This document shows positions 26,483-38,565 of a stretch of 64,000 nt of DNA, piece by piece. Under the pieces are notes generated by a model, which saw only the letters and a program-made list of their open reading frames with translations, did no database searches and was not told where the DNA came from. This DNA comes from Woeseiaceae bacterium. Lineage in GTDB: Bacteria; Pseudomonadota; Gammaproteobacteria; Steroidobacterales; Woeseiaceae. The first letter of the stretch is position 1; each line of letters starts with the position of its first letter. The position numbers and the translations under genes are program-made. Where the stretch lies: contig OZ271838.1 in assembly GCA_965601785.1 (NCBI GenBank), positions 3,698,916 through 3,762,915 of the forward strand. The letters are read 5' to 3'.

Positions 26483-28876
26483 TTACTCGACCGGCCCCAG
26501 GTAGCGATCCAGCCAGGCCAGCACCTCGCGCACTGTCGCGTTCCAGTCCGTTGGCGCATGCCCCCCTTCAAACACGTACATCTTCTTGTCTTCGGCGGGC
26601 GTGCCGAGCAGTTCGAGTATGGGCCGCTGGTAGGTTTCGACGGGTGCCTGCGGGTCGTTCCGGCCTGCAATCATGAGCGTAGGGACACTGACCTGCGGCG
26701 CAAAGTTGGCCGGCCGGTGCTCGTCGGGTAGTCGATAGGTCGTTCCTCCGGATATGAGTACGCTGGCACTAAATCGCTCTTCGAGCGCCGTGAATATCGG
26801 CGCATAGGTTCCACCAAGGCTGAAGCCGTAGTAAGCCAGTCGGCTCACATCGATATCCTCGCGTGTCTCGAGATAGTCGATGGCGCGCATCAGGTCCTGT
26901 GCCCAGTGGATGACAAGCTGCACCTTGGCGCGTGACTGGTGATCCGGGTACGGCCGGTCACGGTCGAACATTCGACCGTACATGCCGGAATAGGTCGGCA
27001 CGACCAGGGCCCGGCCGCTCAGCGGCAGGAAGTATAACCAGCTACTCTCGCCCGAGCTTCCGACAGTCGGCTTCAGCCGTGCGCCGGAGTGCGGAAAGAA
27101 AACGACGGTCTGGTACGGTGGCTTGCTGTTGTTCGGCAGGAACACGTGCACATCCATCCGTTCTCCGTACGCCGTGTCGATGGTCACAACTTCTACGCGC
27201 CAGTCGGCGTTACCCTGGGGCTCGCCCTTTGGCACCGGATTGAGCGGTAATGCGTCGTACTCGTACTGCCGACGCAGCACCTCATAAACCCCGGATTCCA
27301 CCGGCGCCAAATCTTCACGTCCGATCGGGCGCTCTATGTCGATCCGGGCCTGAAGCCGAGCGAGGTTCCCGTCTTCGTCGGTACGCATACAGCGAGCACC
27401 CGCAAGCATTGAACGTACGAGCGGATCGGCCTGGTCACCGACAGCCGTAAAAAGGTACTCAGGGCCTGCATACGAAGCGCCAGACAGATACCTGAGGTCC
27501 CGATAGTCAACATTCCATGCCCATTCTGTGACGTTACCCATCAGGTCATAGGTACCGTAGGGACCGAGCGCCGTTGACATCGTTACCGGGTGCGGCCCGT
27601 CGAGACCGAAGTTGCTTGCGACCAGCTCGCCTGCAAATACACGCGTCGGCAGGGTTTCTTGCTCTCCGGCCTTCGCGTAGTGAAATACGGTTGGCAATAG
27701 CTTGTCGCGAAAGGCGCAATAGGCGGCGGCCTCTATCCAGCTGATTCCTCGAACCGGCTTCTCGTCGTCACCATCCGCAAACTTGCTCAAAGACCAGACG
27801 GCAGGCCCCGGCTGGCCGGTGGAATCGACAAGGGACGCACGCAGCTCCGCGGGCGATACCTCAAGTCCGAGTTCGTTGATTAGCGGTTTCCAGAGCGCAT
27901 CATCAGCGTAATCGGGCGACGCAAGAAAATCCCGGTAGTCGGCGTTAGTTATTTCGTACTGGTCGATCCAGAAATCGGCGATGTCGTGCTCGCGGCCCTG
28001 CGACAGCGATTCGTCGAACACGGTCGCAGCACCACCATCGACATACACCATCCCGGGCGGCTGGCCGGCTTCCCGGAATAGCGTAACGTTGACCTCCCGG
28101 CGGAACGGGTGACGGCCGACCTCGCGCGTTGCGTAGCCTTCTTTCTCAAAGCGCCAGCGCAGCTCGATGGCCGGGACACCCGCAAAGGGCGTCGTGCCTA
28201 CTTCAACCCAGTCGGCGTCCGGTGCATCGTAGGGCTTCACGTAGACCGAGGCGCCAAGGGGCTCACTCGTCACATTGACCGGCGAACTCGCTTCGGCAAA
28301 CAGGGTCTGGATATACGATTCGTTCGGCAATACGGCCAGTGCTTCGCGTGCCAGCTCAAAAGCCTCGACCAGCTGGTTTGCCGCCAGCAGACGCTCGATC
28401 TCGGGTGCAGCGACCTCGGTCGCCCACTGCACCTGCGTCATCGCGGTGGGTGGCTCCGGCAATGCAGCTTCCCGCTTTGCGCCAACGCGCGGCACGAGGA
28501 ACGCCGTGACGCTGACGATCGCCAGCACTGCCGAAGCGATGAACACGATCCCGGTCCGACTGTCCGGACGGGCACGACGCACCCCGCCCGAACCGATGTC
28601 GAACAGCCACGCGAGCCACACGACGGCCGGGAAACCCAGTACGAACAGGATAACGACTGCGTCGCGCGTCCACTCAGGCCAGCCGAAAGTTGCCGAGACG
28701 GTCGTGAAGATCTCGGTGAAGCCCCAGGCCAGTGCAACGTAGATCGCCAGTGCCTGGTACACGCGACGACGGGCCAGTTCGCCGAGCCAGTTTGTCGAAC
28801 CGTCTGCGTCGGGCTCGTCGTTGTTATTGATGCCGGGCTCGTCGTTGGACACTGCCAACCCCTGCTGTTGCTCCAC
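26483..28876 (-). CDS. Membrane-anchored fusion: FGE/SUMF1-fold domain plus alpha/beta-hydrolase (S9/DLH-like) domain
   Basis: 797 aa with two N-terminal TM segments. FGE-sulfatase-fold signatures: DQYEITNADYRDFL, GISWIEAAAYCAF, GNVTEWAW. C-terminal GFSLGG nucleophile elbow with later Asp and His. GTG start. Confidence 0.6.
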   Translation of the reverse strand: MEQQQGLAVSNDEPGINNNDEPDADGSTNWLGELARRRVYQALAIYVALAWGFTEIFTTVSATFGWPEWTRDAVVILFVLGFPAVVWLAWLFDIGSGGVRRARPDSRTGIVFIASAVLAIVSVTAFLVPRVGAKREAALPEPPTAMTQVQWATEVAAPEIERLLAANQLVEAFELAREALAVLPNESYIQTLFAEASSPVNVTSEPLGASVYVKPYDAPDADWVEVGTTPFAGVPAIELRWRFEKEGYATREVGRHPFRREVNVTLFREAGQPPGMVYVDGGAATVFDESLSQGREHDIADFWIDQYEITNADYRDFLASPDYADDALWKPLINELGLEVSPAELRASLVDSTGQPGPAVWSLSKFADGDDEKPVRGISWIEAAAYCAFRDKLLPTVFHYAKAGEQETLPTRVFAGELVASNFGLDGPHPVTMSTALGPYGTYDLMGNVTEWAWNVDYRDLRYLSGASYAGPEYLFTAVGDQADPLVRSMLAGARCMRTDEDGNLARLQARIDIERPIGREDLAPVESGVYEVLRRQYEYDALPLNPVPKGEPQGNADWRVEVVTIDTAYGERMDVHVFLPNNSKPPYQTVVFFPHSGARLKPTVGSSGESSWLYFLPLSGRALVVPTYSGMYGRMFDRDRPYPDHQSRAKVQLVIHWAQDLMRAIDYLETREDIDVSRLAYYGFSLGGTYAPIFTALEERFSASVLISGGTTYRLPDEHRPANFAPQVSVPTLMIAGRNDPQAPVETYQRPILELLGTPAEDKKMYVFEGGHAPTDWNATVREVLAWLDRYLGPVE

Positions 28877-28921
28877 TGCGTCTCAATGGTACCAACGCGG
28901 CGGCATTCCTGACGATAGCCG

Positions 28922-29824
28922 CTACCAACCGAATCGGAGCTCGCGCTTCGGCCCACGCCGCGGCGCCTCGATGCGTGCCGCAAACAGCAGTCGCACCACC
29001 TGGAAGGCGTGGTGTTCGAACGGCTTGAGCAGCTCCAGCATGCGTTCGTCGCTGCCGCGGGCCTCGCCGGCCAGCGCCCAACAGACCGTGTGCGGCAGAT
29101 GCAGGTCACCCATGACGACCGCGTCCGGTCGGCCGAGCCGGAGACCCAGCAGCATGCCGGCCGTCCACGGCCCGACACCACGCACCGCGGTCAGGAGCCC
29201 AAAAGCATCAGCCGTCGGCAGCTCGGCGGCCCGCTCGAGCCGTGACGCCACGAAGGCCACCTCGTGGATTGTTCGTGCTCGCTGGCGACTCATGCCAAGC
29301 GCCATCAGGCCGCCTATACCGACATCACGCAGCCGCTCCGGTGTCGGCGCAAGCCTGAGACCGAAGGGTCCGGGCGCAACCTCGCCATGGTCTTCGACCA
29401 GCCGGCGCCAGCCGAAGGCAGCCTCCTCCCACGTGACCTGCTGCTGCAGGATGATGGGCAGCAGGCCTTCGAAGACATCGCCCGTATCGACAAGGCGCAG
29501 GCCACGGTGGCGGCGGGCCAGCGCATCGATCGCCTGGTGCCGGGGCAATTCCCACGGCGGCTCGAGGAAACCGAGCCTACGCGGCAGCTCTGCAAGCGCT
29601 TCGTCACTACCCGGTCCCCAGGCACGGGCGTCAATGCCGCCTGCGTCATCTGCCGCAAGTTGTACTGTGGCAGGCCCGCCCGGATACCGGCCCGCCCGCC
29701 GAAAGCCGTCAGCATCTCGCCGGAAGGTAGGGTCAGCGCCACCCGTCCGCAGCAAGCGCGCCGTTTCGGCGAGATCGTACGGGTGATCCGGCGCGGGCCA
29801 GCGTTGCTGTGCGTCAGGTGTCAT
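28922..29824 (-). CDS. HhH-GPD DNA glycosylase (AlkA / 3-methyladenine glycosylase II-like)
   Basis: GVGPWTAGMLL helix-hairpin-helix followed by a catalytic Asp (VVMGDLHL). ATG at 29824; the track extension to 30169 overlaps the next gene's antisense. Confidence 0.7.
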   Translation of the reverse strand: MTPDAQQRWPAPDHPYDLAETARLLRTGGADPTFRRDADGFRRAGRYPGGPATVQLAADDAGGIDARAWGPGSDEALAELPRRLGFLEPPWELPRHQAIDALARRHRGLRLVDTGDVFEGLLPIILQQQVTWEEAAFGWRRLVEDHGEVAPGPFGLRLAPTPERLRDVGIGGLMALGMSRQRARTIHEVAFVASRLERAAELPTADAFGLLTAVRGVGPWTAGMLLGLRLGRPDAVVMGDLHLPHTVCWALAGEARGSDERMLELLKPFEHHAFQVVRLLFAARIEAPRRGPKRELRFGW

Positions 29825-29993
29825 GAACAGGCGATATCCGGGTGAGCCTGGCCGCGAGGCTCGTTGATTTCGAAGGTTGTTGCGGCGTTCTGGGACAGTG
29901 TGCCTGACCGGCCATGACTTTTGGCACATCCGCCGCGGAGTGCGCGCGTATAGCATTGCCTCAGTCCTGACTGGATAGCAACGGAGACTACTC

Positions 29994-30422
29994 ATGTTCA
30001 GAAGCATCCTGGTCACACTCGTCGGGTTCGGTGCTTTCGCTTCATTGCATGCAGAGCCGTCTACATCGCTGACGGTCGCCGTCACGGCCATCGAGGAAGT
30101 AAAGGGCGCCATTATGCTCGCCATGTTCGACACCGAAGACGCGTACGACGGCGGCGGCCCACCGGTCAAGGCCGTGAAGATCGAGGTTACCGGTGAACAA
30201 GTATCGGTGTCCTTCGATGACCTGCCCGCCGGGCGTTACGCCATCAAGCTGTATCACGACGCCAACGGCAACGGAGAACTGGACAGTAATGCTTTCGGAC
30301 TACCGACCGAGGGCTACGGCTTCAGCGGCAAGGGTGGGCGCTTTGGTCCGCCCCCGTTCGACAAGGCTGCGTTCGACGTCGCCGAAGGCGAGGACAACAG
30401 CGTTTCGATACAACTGCGCTAG
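29994..30422 (+). CDS. Secreted DUF2141 domain protein
   Basis: Signal peptide and the motif YAIKLYHDANGNGELDSNAFGLPTEGYGFS, characteristic of DUF2141. Confidence 0.65.
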   Translation: MFRSILVTLVGFGAFASLHAEPSTSLTVAVTAIEEVKGAIMLAMFDTEDAYDGGGPPVKAVKIEVTGEQVSVSFDDLPAGRYAIKLYHDANGNGELDSNAFGLPTEGYGFSGKGGRFGPPPFDKAAFDVAEGEDNSVSIQLR

Positions 30423-30449
30423 CGGATTACCCGAGGCAAAGGATTCATC

Positions 30450-31922
30450 ATGGACCGCCGACAGTTTCTTAGGGCAAGTCTTGCTACCGCGGCCGGTCAC
30501 TGGCTGGCCGCAAGCGTTGGCCATGCCGCGGCCGCCGACTGGACGCTCGGCTGGCGCGGCACAACCGTGGACCGCTTCGAGCCTCTCGACATGCGCGTGG
30601 AAGGCGCGATCCCGGCCGCGGTTCGGGGCAGCTTGTATCGCAATGGACCGGCCCGTATGGAGCGCAACGGCGTTCGCTACCGGCACTGGTTCGACGGCGA
30701 CGGCATGATCCAGCATTTCCGGCTCGGCGCAACGCGCGCGTCACACGAGGCGCGCTTCGTCGAAACCGGGAAATACGTCGAAGAGCAGACGGCGGGGCGC
30801 TTTCTCTACGGCGGCGCCGGCACCATGCTCGCCGATGAGAAGCCCTCGCGGAACAACGATACGGGAAACGTCGCGAACACGGCGCTCCTGCCCTGGGGCG
30901 ATGAGCTCCTCGCGCTATGGGAAGGCGGCTCGGCCTACCGGCTGGATCGGACGAGCCTCGAGACGATCGGTCGCAAGGACTGGCGGGACGATCTCCTGCA
31001 CATGCCGTTCTCGGCGCATCCGCTGCTGGATGCGGACGGCACGCTGTGGAACTTCGGATCAGCGCCCTACGCCGGCAAGAACGGTGTGCTGGCGCTGTAC
31101 CGCATTGCGCCGCACGGCGGCGTCGACGATGTGGGCTTCGTCGAACTGCCGTTTGCAAGCTACATGCACAGCTTCGCCATCACCGAGCGCTACCTGGTCT
31201 TCTACCTGTCATCGCACCGTTTCCGGCGAGGCGCCGAGACGTTCGTCGACAGCTTCGAGTGGTCGCCGCAATTCGGCGGGCGGGTGCTCCTGGTCGACAA
31301 GAACGACCTTGATACTCAGCGCTGGTTCGAGGCACCTGCCGGTTTTGTCTTTCACTTCGCGCACGCCTTCGAGCGCAAAGGCGAGGTCGTTGCGAGACTG
31401 GCGCTCTACGCGAATGCCGACATCATGTCCCACGGCATGATAGAACTGATGCGTGCCGATGGTGGTGATGCGTACCCTTCCTATTCGCGGGCATCGCTGG
31501 CCTCGCTCCGCCTTGACCTTGCGACGGGACAAGCGCGTTTCGAGGATACGGAGACGCTGATCGAATTCCCGGGCGTAGACGCCCGTCACGCGGCCGGTCC
31601 GACGACGGTGTTTGGCGTGGGCCATGCCGATGACGCGAACGCCGCCTGGTCGAACTCGGTCGTCCGCGTTGACGCCGACAGCGGTCGCGTCGATCGCTAT
31701 GCCTTCCCGGACGCGCACATCGTCGAGGAGCCGCTGTTCGTCGCCGAACCCGGAACAAACACGTCAGGCTGGCTCGTCGGCACCTTCCTCGACTTCGGCA
31801 CCGAGCGATCAGGGGTCTATGTGTTCGATGCCAGTGACCTTGCCGCCGGTCCGGTGGCGCTGGCGACCATGGAAAGGCACCTGCCGCTGGGATTCCACGG
31901 CTGCTTCGTGGCAAACGGCTAG
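30450..31922 (+). CDS. Carotenoid/stilbene cleavage oxygenase family protein with Tat signal
   Basis: MDRRQFLRASLATAAG twin-arginine leader. RPE65/CCO-type motifs HWFDGDG, SAHP, FHFAHAFE, GFHG. Confidence 0.8.
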   Translation: MDRRQFLRASLATAAGHWLAASVGHAAAADWTLGWRGTTVDRFEPLDMRVEGAIPAAVRGSLYRNGPARMERNGVRYRHWFDGDGMIQHFRLGATRASHEARFVETGKYVEEQTAGRFLYGGAGTMLADEKPSRNNDTGNVANTALLPWGDELLALWEGGSAYRLDRTSLETIGRKDWRDDLLHMPFSAHPLLDADGTLWNFGSAPYAGKNGVLALYRIAPHGGVDDVGFVELPFASYMHSFAITERYLVFYLSSHRFRRGAETFVDSFEWSPQFGGRVLLVDKNDLDTQRWFEAPAGFVFHFAHAFERKGEVVARLALYANADIMSHGMIELMRADGGDAYPSYSRASLASLRLDLATGQARFEDTETLIEFPGVDARHAAGPTTVFGVGHADDANAAWSNSVVRVDADSGRVDRYAFPDAHIVEEPLFVAEPGTNTSGWLVGTFLDFGTERSGVYVFDASDLAAGPVALATMERHLPLGFHGCFVANG

Positions 31923-31967
31923 TGCTAGGCCCGGCCCCCGGCAACAGGCGGGCGTTGCGCGGCCCAT

Positions 31968-32375
31968 CTAGGGCTTTGCGTCGGTGCAGGCGCCGAAGAC
32001 CGAGACAGAGAAACCGTCCGCCGCAATAGCCGCCGACATGTGACCGGTCGCCTCATTGATTACGAAGCTGAACGCGCGACCTGAATCGATACCCTGAAGG
32101 TGGATCGCACCGTTACTGCGATCCGTTTTCGAAAACTCGGTCTCGCGGTTGAGGCCGCTGGCCGCTGTCGTCGAGATAACGCCCTTCTTCGTGTCGATCA
32201 GCACGAAGTCCGGGATCTCGAGCTCCCACGGAGTCACCGCGTAACATTCGCCGTTCTCGAAGCAGATCTGTGCCCGCGCCGTGGAGCAGAGGATCCGGTT
32301 GGCGCCCGTGACGTCTTCCGCTCCCGCGAGGCCGGACAGAACCAGTAGTGCTAGTGCGCTAAGCGTCTTCTTCAT
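31968..32375 (-). CDS. Hypothetical secreted Cys-containing protein
   Basis: ATG at 32375 with a GGGGGAG SD, signal peptide MKKTLSALALLVLSGLAGA, and four Cys. Confidence 0.45.
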   Translation of the reverse strand: MKKTLSALALLVLSGLAGAEDVTGANRILCSTARAQICFENGECYAVTPWELEIPDFVLIDTKKGVISTTAASGLNRETEFSKTDRSNGAIHLQGIDSGRAFSFVINEATGHMSAAIAADGFSVSVFGACTDAKP

Positions 32376-32392
32376 CGTTGGCTCCCCCGGAC

Positions 32393-32941
32393 TCAATACT
32401 TGACCATATAGTCTTTTGCTTCGAGGCAGACCGAGAAGGCTTTCTTGAAGTTCGAAAGCTCCTCTGCCGTCACCTGCTTTTGCTGCTCGGCCGCAGCGGC
32501 CGCCTGCTCCTGCGCCTGCCGATTTGCCTCACGCCCCATACGCCTGCCGCGAATCGCCCCTGCCGCCGCGCCCCACGCAGCACCTTCGCTCGCGTCGTCG
32601 TTGGCGATCTCGCCAATGAGCGCGCCTGCCGCTGCGCCGCGCACGGCACCGCGGGCACCGGCACCACGGCCGACGTTTTCCGCCGCTTCCTGGTTGGCCG
32701 CAGCCTGCTGCTGGTCAGCCTCCTTCTGTTCTGCAAGATCGAAAGGATCGACGCCCGCGTTGGCGACCGCCCACTCGTAGCACTCTGCCTCGTCCTTTGA
32801 CTGCTGCGTGGACTCCTGTCCTTCGGTTGGGAAGACGTAGATATCCATGGTTGAGGCCAGCGACTTCTGCTGGGCGGCGACTGGCATCGCGGAAGCGGCC
32901 AGCAACACGAGGCCGGCAATGACGAAAAAAGCGGTCTTCAT
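32393..32941 (-). CDS. Secreted glycine-zipper protein
   Basis: Signal peptide, a Gly/Ala zipper (GAGARGAVRGAAAGALIG ... GAAAGAIRG), an AAGGAG SD, and a Gln/Ala-rich coiled segment. Confidence 0.5.
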   Translation of the reverse strand: MKTAFFVIAGLVLLAASAMPVAAQQKSLASTMDIYVFPTEGQESTQQSKDEAECYEWAVANAGVDPFDLAEQKEADQQQAAANQEAAENVGRGAGARGAVRGAAAGALIGEIANDDASEGAAWGAAAGAIRGRRMGREANRQAQEQAAAAAEQQKQVTAEELSNFKKAFSVCLEAKDYMVKY

Positions 32942-33107
32942 ACGGTGAACTCCTTGGCAGGGGCGTGCATCTCCGTCGGTGCCCCGTTGCGGCGGTCACG
33001 TTAGTGGAGAACGCGGTCGATCGTACCTGAGGGAGTATAGGAGACGGGGACCCCCGATGCCGAGCGATGATCAGGGCGACGTCGAGGCATTGTCCGCGCC
33101 AGCAGGC

Positions 33108-33563
33108 TTAGCCGGTCGGCTTACCCAGCATCAACGCACTGCGCTCGGCAACGACCACGGTCTCTCCCCGCTGGTTCGTGGCCGTGTGTTCGAACGTCAC
33201 GATCCCCTGCCCGGGTCGTGACTTCGACGGCCGCAAGGCCCTGACCTCGGTTTGCGCGGCCAGGGTATCGCCGATGAACACGGGCCTGGGAAAGGTCACG
33301 GCGCCGAAACCAAGGTTGGCCACGGTCGTACCGAGCGTCGTGTCGTTGACCGAAATGCCGACGACCAGCGACAAGGTGAACAGGCTGTTGACGAGGATCT
33401 GGCCGAACTCGGTGTCTTTGCAGTACTCGGCGTCGAGATGCAGCGCGGCCGGGTTGTGCGTCATCGTCGTGAACAGGAGATTGTCGGTCTCGGTAACGGT
33501 GCGGCGAATGCCGTGCTCGATGACCTGGCCGACCGTGAATTCCTCGAAGTACAGACCCGGCAT
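33108..33563 (-). CDS. MaoC-like (R-specific enoyl-CoA) hydratase/dehydratase
   Basis: Hotdog-fold MaoC resemblance. ATG at 33563 with a GGAGG SD; the track start at 33572 is TTG. Confidence 0.75.
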   Translation of the reverse strand: MPGLYFEEFTVGQVIEHGIRRTVTETDNLLFTTMTHNPAALHLDAEYCKDTEFGQILVNSLFTLSLVVGISVNDTTLGTTVANLGFGAVTFPRPVFIGDTLAAQTEVRALRPSKSRPGQGIVTFEHTATNQRGETVVVAERSALMLGKPTG

Positions 33564-33602
33564 GTGCGGCAACCTCCCCTTTGGCTGGCGGCCAGTATAC
33601 GT

Positions 33603-34757
33603 TCAGACCGTCGCGCTGTTCTCGAACAACTCGCGGCCGATCAGCATGCGGCGGATCTCGCTCGTGCCGGCGCCGATCTCGTATAGCTTGGCGTCGCGAA
33701 GCAATCGGCCCGTCGGGTACTCGTTGATATAGCCGTTACCGCCAAGGAGCTGGATCGCATCGAGTGCTACCTGCGTGGCCTTCTCGGCCGCGTACAGGAT
33801 GCAGGCCGCCGCGTCCTGACGCGTCGTCTCGCCGCGATCGCAGGCACCCGCTACGGCGTAGACGTAGGCCTTGCAGGCGTTCATCGTGGAATACATGTCG
33901 GCGATCTTGCCCTGCACGAGCTGGAAGGTGCCGATCGGCTTGCCGAACTGCTTGCGGTCGTGCACGTAGGGGATCACCTCGTCGAGGCAGGCCTCCATGA
34001 TGCCGAGCGGCCCCGCGGCGAGCACGGCACGCTCGTAGTCGAGGCCGCTCATGAGGATGCGCACGCCATCGCCTTCGCCGCCCATCAGGTTGGCCGCCGG
34101 CACGTGGCAGTTATCGAAAACGAGCTCGCAGGTATCCGAGCCGCGCATACCGAGCTTGTCGAGTTTCTGCGCCGTCGAGAATCCCTCGAAATCCTTCTCG
34201 ATCAGGAAGGCCGAGATGCCGCGAGAACCGGCGTCCGGGTCGGTCTTGGCGTAGACGACGAGTACGTCGGCCGTCGGCCCGTTGGTGATCCACATCTTAT
34301 TGCCGTTGAGCACATAGTCGTCGCCGTCGCGGCGGGCTGCGAGTGACATCGATACGACGTCCGAGCCCGAGCCTGGCTCGGACATGGCGAGCGCGCCGAG
34401 AAATTCGCCCGAACAGAGCTTCGGCAGAAACCTCGCCCTCTGTTCTTCCGAACCGTTGAGCTGGATCTGGTTGACGCAGAGATTCGAGTGCGCGGCATAC
34501 GACAGCCCGACCGACGCCGAGCCGCGGGAAATCTCCTCGGTTGCGACCGCATGTGCGAGATAGCCCATGCCGCTGCCGCCATACTCCTCGGCGGCCGTGA
34601 TCCCCAGCAAACCGAGCTCGCCGAGCTCTGGCCACAGATCCCGCGGGAATTCGTTATTCGCATCGATGGCGGCGGCACGCGGCTCCAGGCGGTCGGCCAC
34701 CCAGCGCGCTACGACGTCGCGCATTTCCTCGATCTCCTCGGGGAGGCCAAAGTTCAT
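33603..34757 (-). CDS. ivd: Isovaleryl-CoA dehydrogenase (acyl-CoA dehydrogenase family)
   Basis: ACAD family sequence throughout. Divergent from the methylcrotonyl-CoA carboxylase genes. ATG at 34757 gives about 384 aa. Confidence 0.8.
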   Translation of the reverse strand: MNFGLPEEIEEMRDVVARWVADRLEPRAAAIDANNEFPRDLWPELGELGLLGITAAEEYGGSGMGYLAHAVATEEISRGSASVGLSYAAHSNLCVNQIQLNGSEEQRARFLPKLCSGEFLGALAMSEPGSGSDVVSMSLAARRDGDDYVLNGNKMWITNGPTADVLVVYAKTDPDAGSRGISAFLIEKDFEGFSTAQKLDKLGMRGSDTCELVFDNCHVPAANLMGGEGDGVRILMSGLDYERAVLAAGPLGIMEACLDEVIPYVHDRKQFGKPIGTFQLVQGKIADMYSTMNACKAYVYAVAGACDRGETTRQDAAACILYAAEKATQVALDAIQLLGGNGYINEYPTGRLLRDAKLYEIGAGTSEIRRMLIGRELFENSATV

Positions 34758-34852
34758 CGTCAATCCGGGTGCTGTACGGCGCATGGGACTCCTGTCGTCG
34801 TTGCCTCGAGGGACTCGATTGCCAGTCGACGATGTCACAAGGCTGGCCAGCT

Positions 34853-34864
34853 GTGCATATGCAC
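34853..34864. promoter_or_regulatory. Perfect 12-bp palindrome GTGCATATGCAC in the divergent ivd / mccB intergenic region
   Basis: Read directly from the sequence. It lies centrally in the 173-nt divergent promoter region. Confidence 0.3.
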
Positions 34865-34930
34865 CTTATGGTATGTACCCGTTGTGGCCGCTTTTCTACG
34901 ATGCGGACACGTTCAGCACAAGAGTCGCTC

Positions 34931-36553
34931 ATGCCCGCCAAGCGCCCGCCCGGCATCGCTTCATCGATCGACCCGACCTCCGCTGCTTTCGCGAAGAACC
35001 GCGATGCAATGCAGTCGCTTGTCGATGAGCTCAACAGAAGAGCTGGCATCGTTCGACAGCACGGCGGCGAACGCTATACGACCCGGCACAAGGCACGCGG
35101 CAAGCTGTTGGCCCGCGAGCGCGTCGAGCGCTTGCTCGACCCGGGTTCGCCGTTTCTCGAGATTGGTCAGCTAGCCGCCTGGGAGATGTACTCGGGCGAC
35201 CTGAGTGCGGCCGGCGTCGTCGCCGGCATCGGCCGCATCGAAGGCACGGAATGCGTGATCGTCGCCAATGACGCGACGGTCAAGGGCGGCACCTACCACC
35301 CTATTACGGTCAAGAAGCACCTGCGCGCGCAGACGATTGCGCTCGAGAATCGCCTGCCCTGCGTCTACCTTGTCGAATCGGGCGGCGCCTTCCTGCCCAT
35401 GCAGGATGAGATTTTTCCGGACGAGCAGCACTTCGGCCGCATTTTCTATAACCAGGCGCGGCTGTCGGCGGCGGGTATCCCGCAGATTGCCGTCGTACAC
35501 GGCTCTTGCACGGCCGGCGGCGCCTATGTCCCTGCCATGTCGGACGAAACGGTCATCGTCAGGAACCAGGGCACCATATTCCTTGCGGGCCCGCCGCTCG
35601 TCAAAGCCGCTACCGGCGAAGTCGTTGACGCAGAGGATCTTGGCGGCGGCGATCTTCACGCCCGCAAGTCCGGCGTCGCGGATTACCTCGCTGACGATGA
35701 CGACCATGCGCTCGGCATTGCCCGACGCATCGTCGCCAACCTGAATTGGCACAAAGAGGGACGCATAACCCGGCAGGAGCCGGTGGCCCCGGCCTTCGAT
35801 CCGAAAGAGATCTACGGCATTGTCGAGTCAGACATTCGCAAGCCTTACGACGTACGCGAAATCATCGCCCGCATCGTCGATGCCTCGGTGTTCGACGAGT
35901 TCAAGCCGCTGTACGGCTCGACGCTCGTCACGGGCTTCGCCCACATCCACGGCTACCCCGTCGCCATCCTCGCCAACAACGGCATCCTGTTTTCCGAGAG
36001 TTCCAAGAAGGGTGCGCACTTCATTGAGCTCGCCTGCCAGCGCAAGATCCCGCTGGTCTTCCTGCAGAACATCACGGGCTTCATGGTGGGCCAAGCGGCC
36101 GAAGCCGGCGGCATCGCCAAGGATGGCGCCAAGCTCGTGACGGCGGTTGCGACGGCCGGCGTGCCGAAGTTCACGGTCATCATTGGCGGCTCCTACGGCG
36201 CCGGCAACTACGGCATGTGCGGCCGCGCCTACGGCCCTCGCTTCCTGTTCTCCTGGCCGAACTCGCGCATCTCGGTCATGGGCGGCGAGCAGGCCGCGAA
36301 TGTACTGGCGACCGTGCGCCGCGACGCCACCGAGGCGAAGGGCGGCAGCTGGAGCGAGGAGGAGGAAGAGGCCTTCAAGGCAGAGACGCGCGACACCTAC
36401 GAGGCGCAGGGCAATCCCTACTACGCCACGGCCCGGCTCTGGGACGACGGCATCATCGACCCGGCCGAGACTCGCAACGTGCTCGGGCTTAGCCTTTCCG
36501 CCAGCCTCAACGCACCGGTCGAGGCAACCCGCTTCGGCCTGTTCCGGATGTGA
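34931..36553 (+). CDS. mccB: Methylcrotonoyl-CoA carboxylase beta (carboxyltransferase) subunit
   Basis: Acyl-CoA carboxylase carboxyltransferase family. ATG at 34931 gives 540 aa. It directly abuts the biotin carboxylase subunit. Confidence 0.85.
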   Translation: MPAKRPPGIASSIDPTSAAFAKNRDAMQSLVDELNRRAGIVRQHGGERYTTRHKARGKLLARERVERLLDPGSPFLEIGQLAAWEMYSGDLSAAGVVAGIGRIEGTECVIVANDATVKGGTYHPITVKKHLRAQTIALENRLPCVYLVESGGAFLPMQDEIFPDEQHFGRIFYNQARLSAAGIPQIAVVHGSCTAGGAYVPAMSDETVIVRNQGTIFLAGPPLVKAATGEVVDAEDLGGGDLHARKSGVADYLADDDDHALGIARRIVANLNWHKEGRITRQEPVAPAFDPKEIYGIVESDIRKPYDVREIIARIVDASVFDEFKPLYGSTLVTGFAHIHGYPVAILANNGILFSESSKKGAHFIELACQRKIPLVFLQNITGFMVGQAAEAGGIAKDGAKLVTAVATAGVPKFTVIIGGSYGAGNYGMCGRAYGPRFLFSWPNSRISVMGGEQAANVLATVRRDATEAKGGSWSEEEEEAFKAETRDTYEAQGNPYYATARLWDDGIIDPAETRNVLGLSLSASLNAPVEATRFGLFRM

Positions 36554-36555
36554 GC

Positions 36556-38561
<2,006 letters not shown>

Positions 38562-38565
<4 letters not shown>

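Noticed and set aside
29922-29936. Sigma54-like element TGGCAC-N5-CCGC, 58 nt upstream of the DUF2141 gene.
   Set aside because: The GG-N10-GC spacing fits, but the -12 box deviates (CCGC versus TTGC). No enhancer-binding protein gene is nearby, and a single hexamer match is expected by chance in 64 kb.
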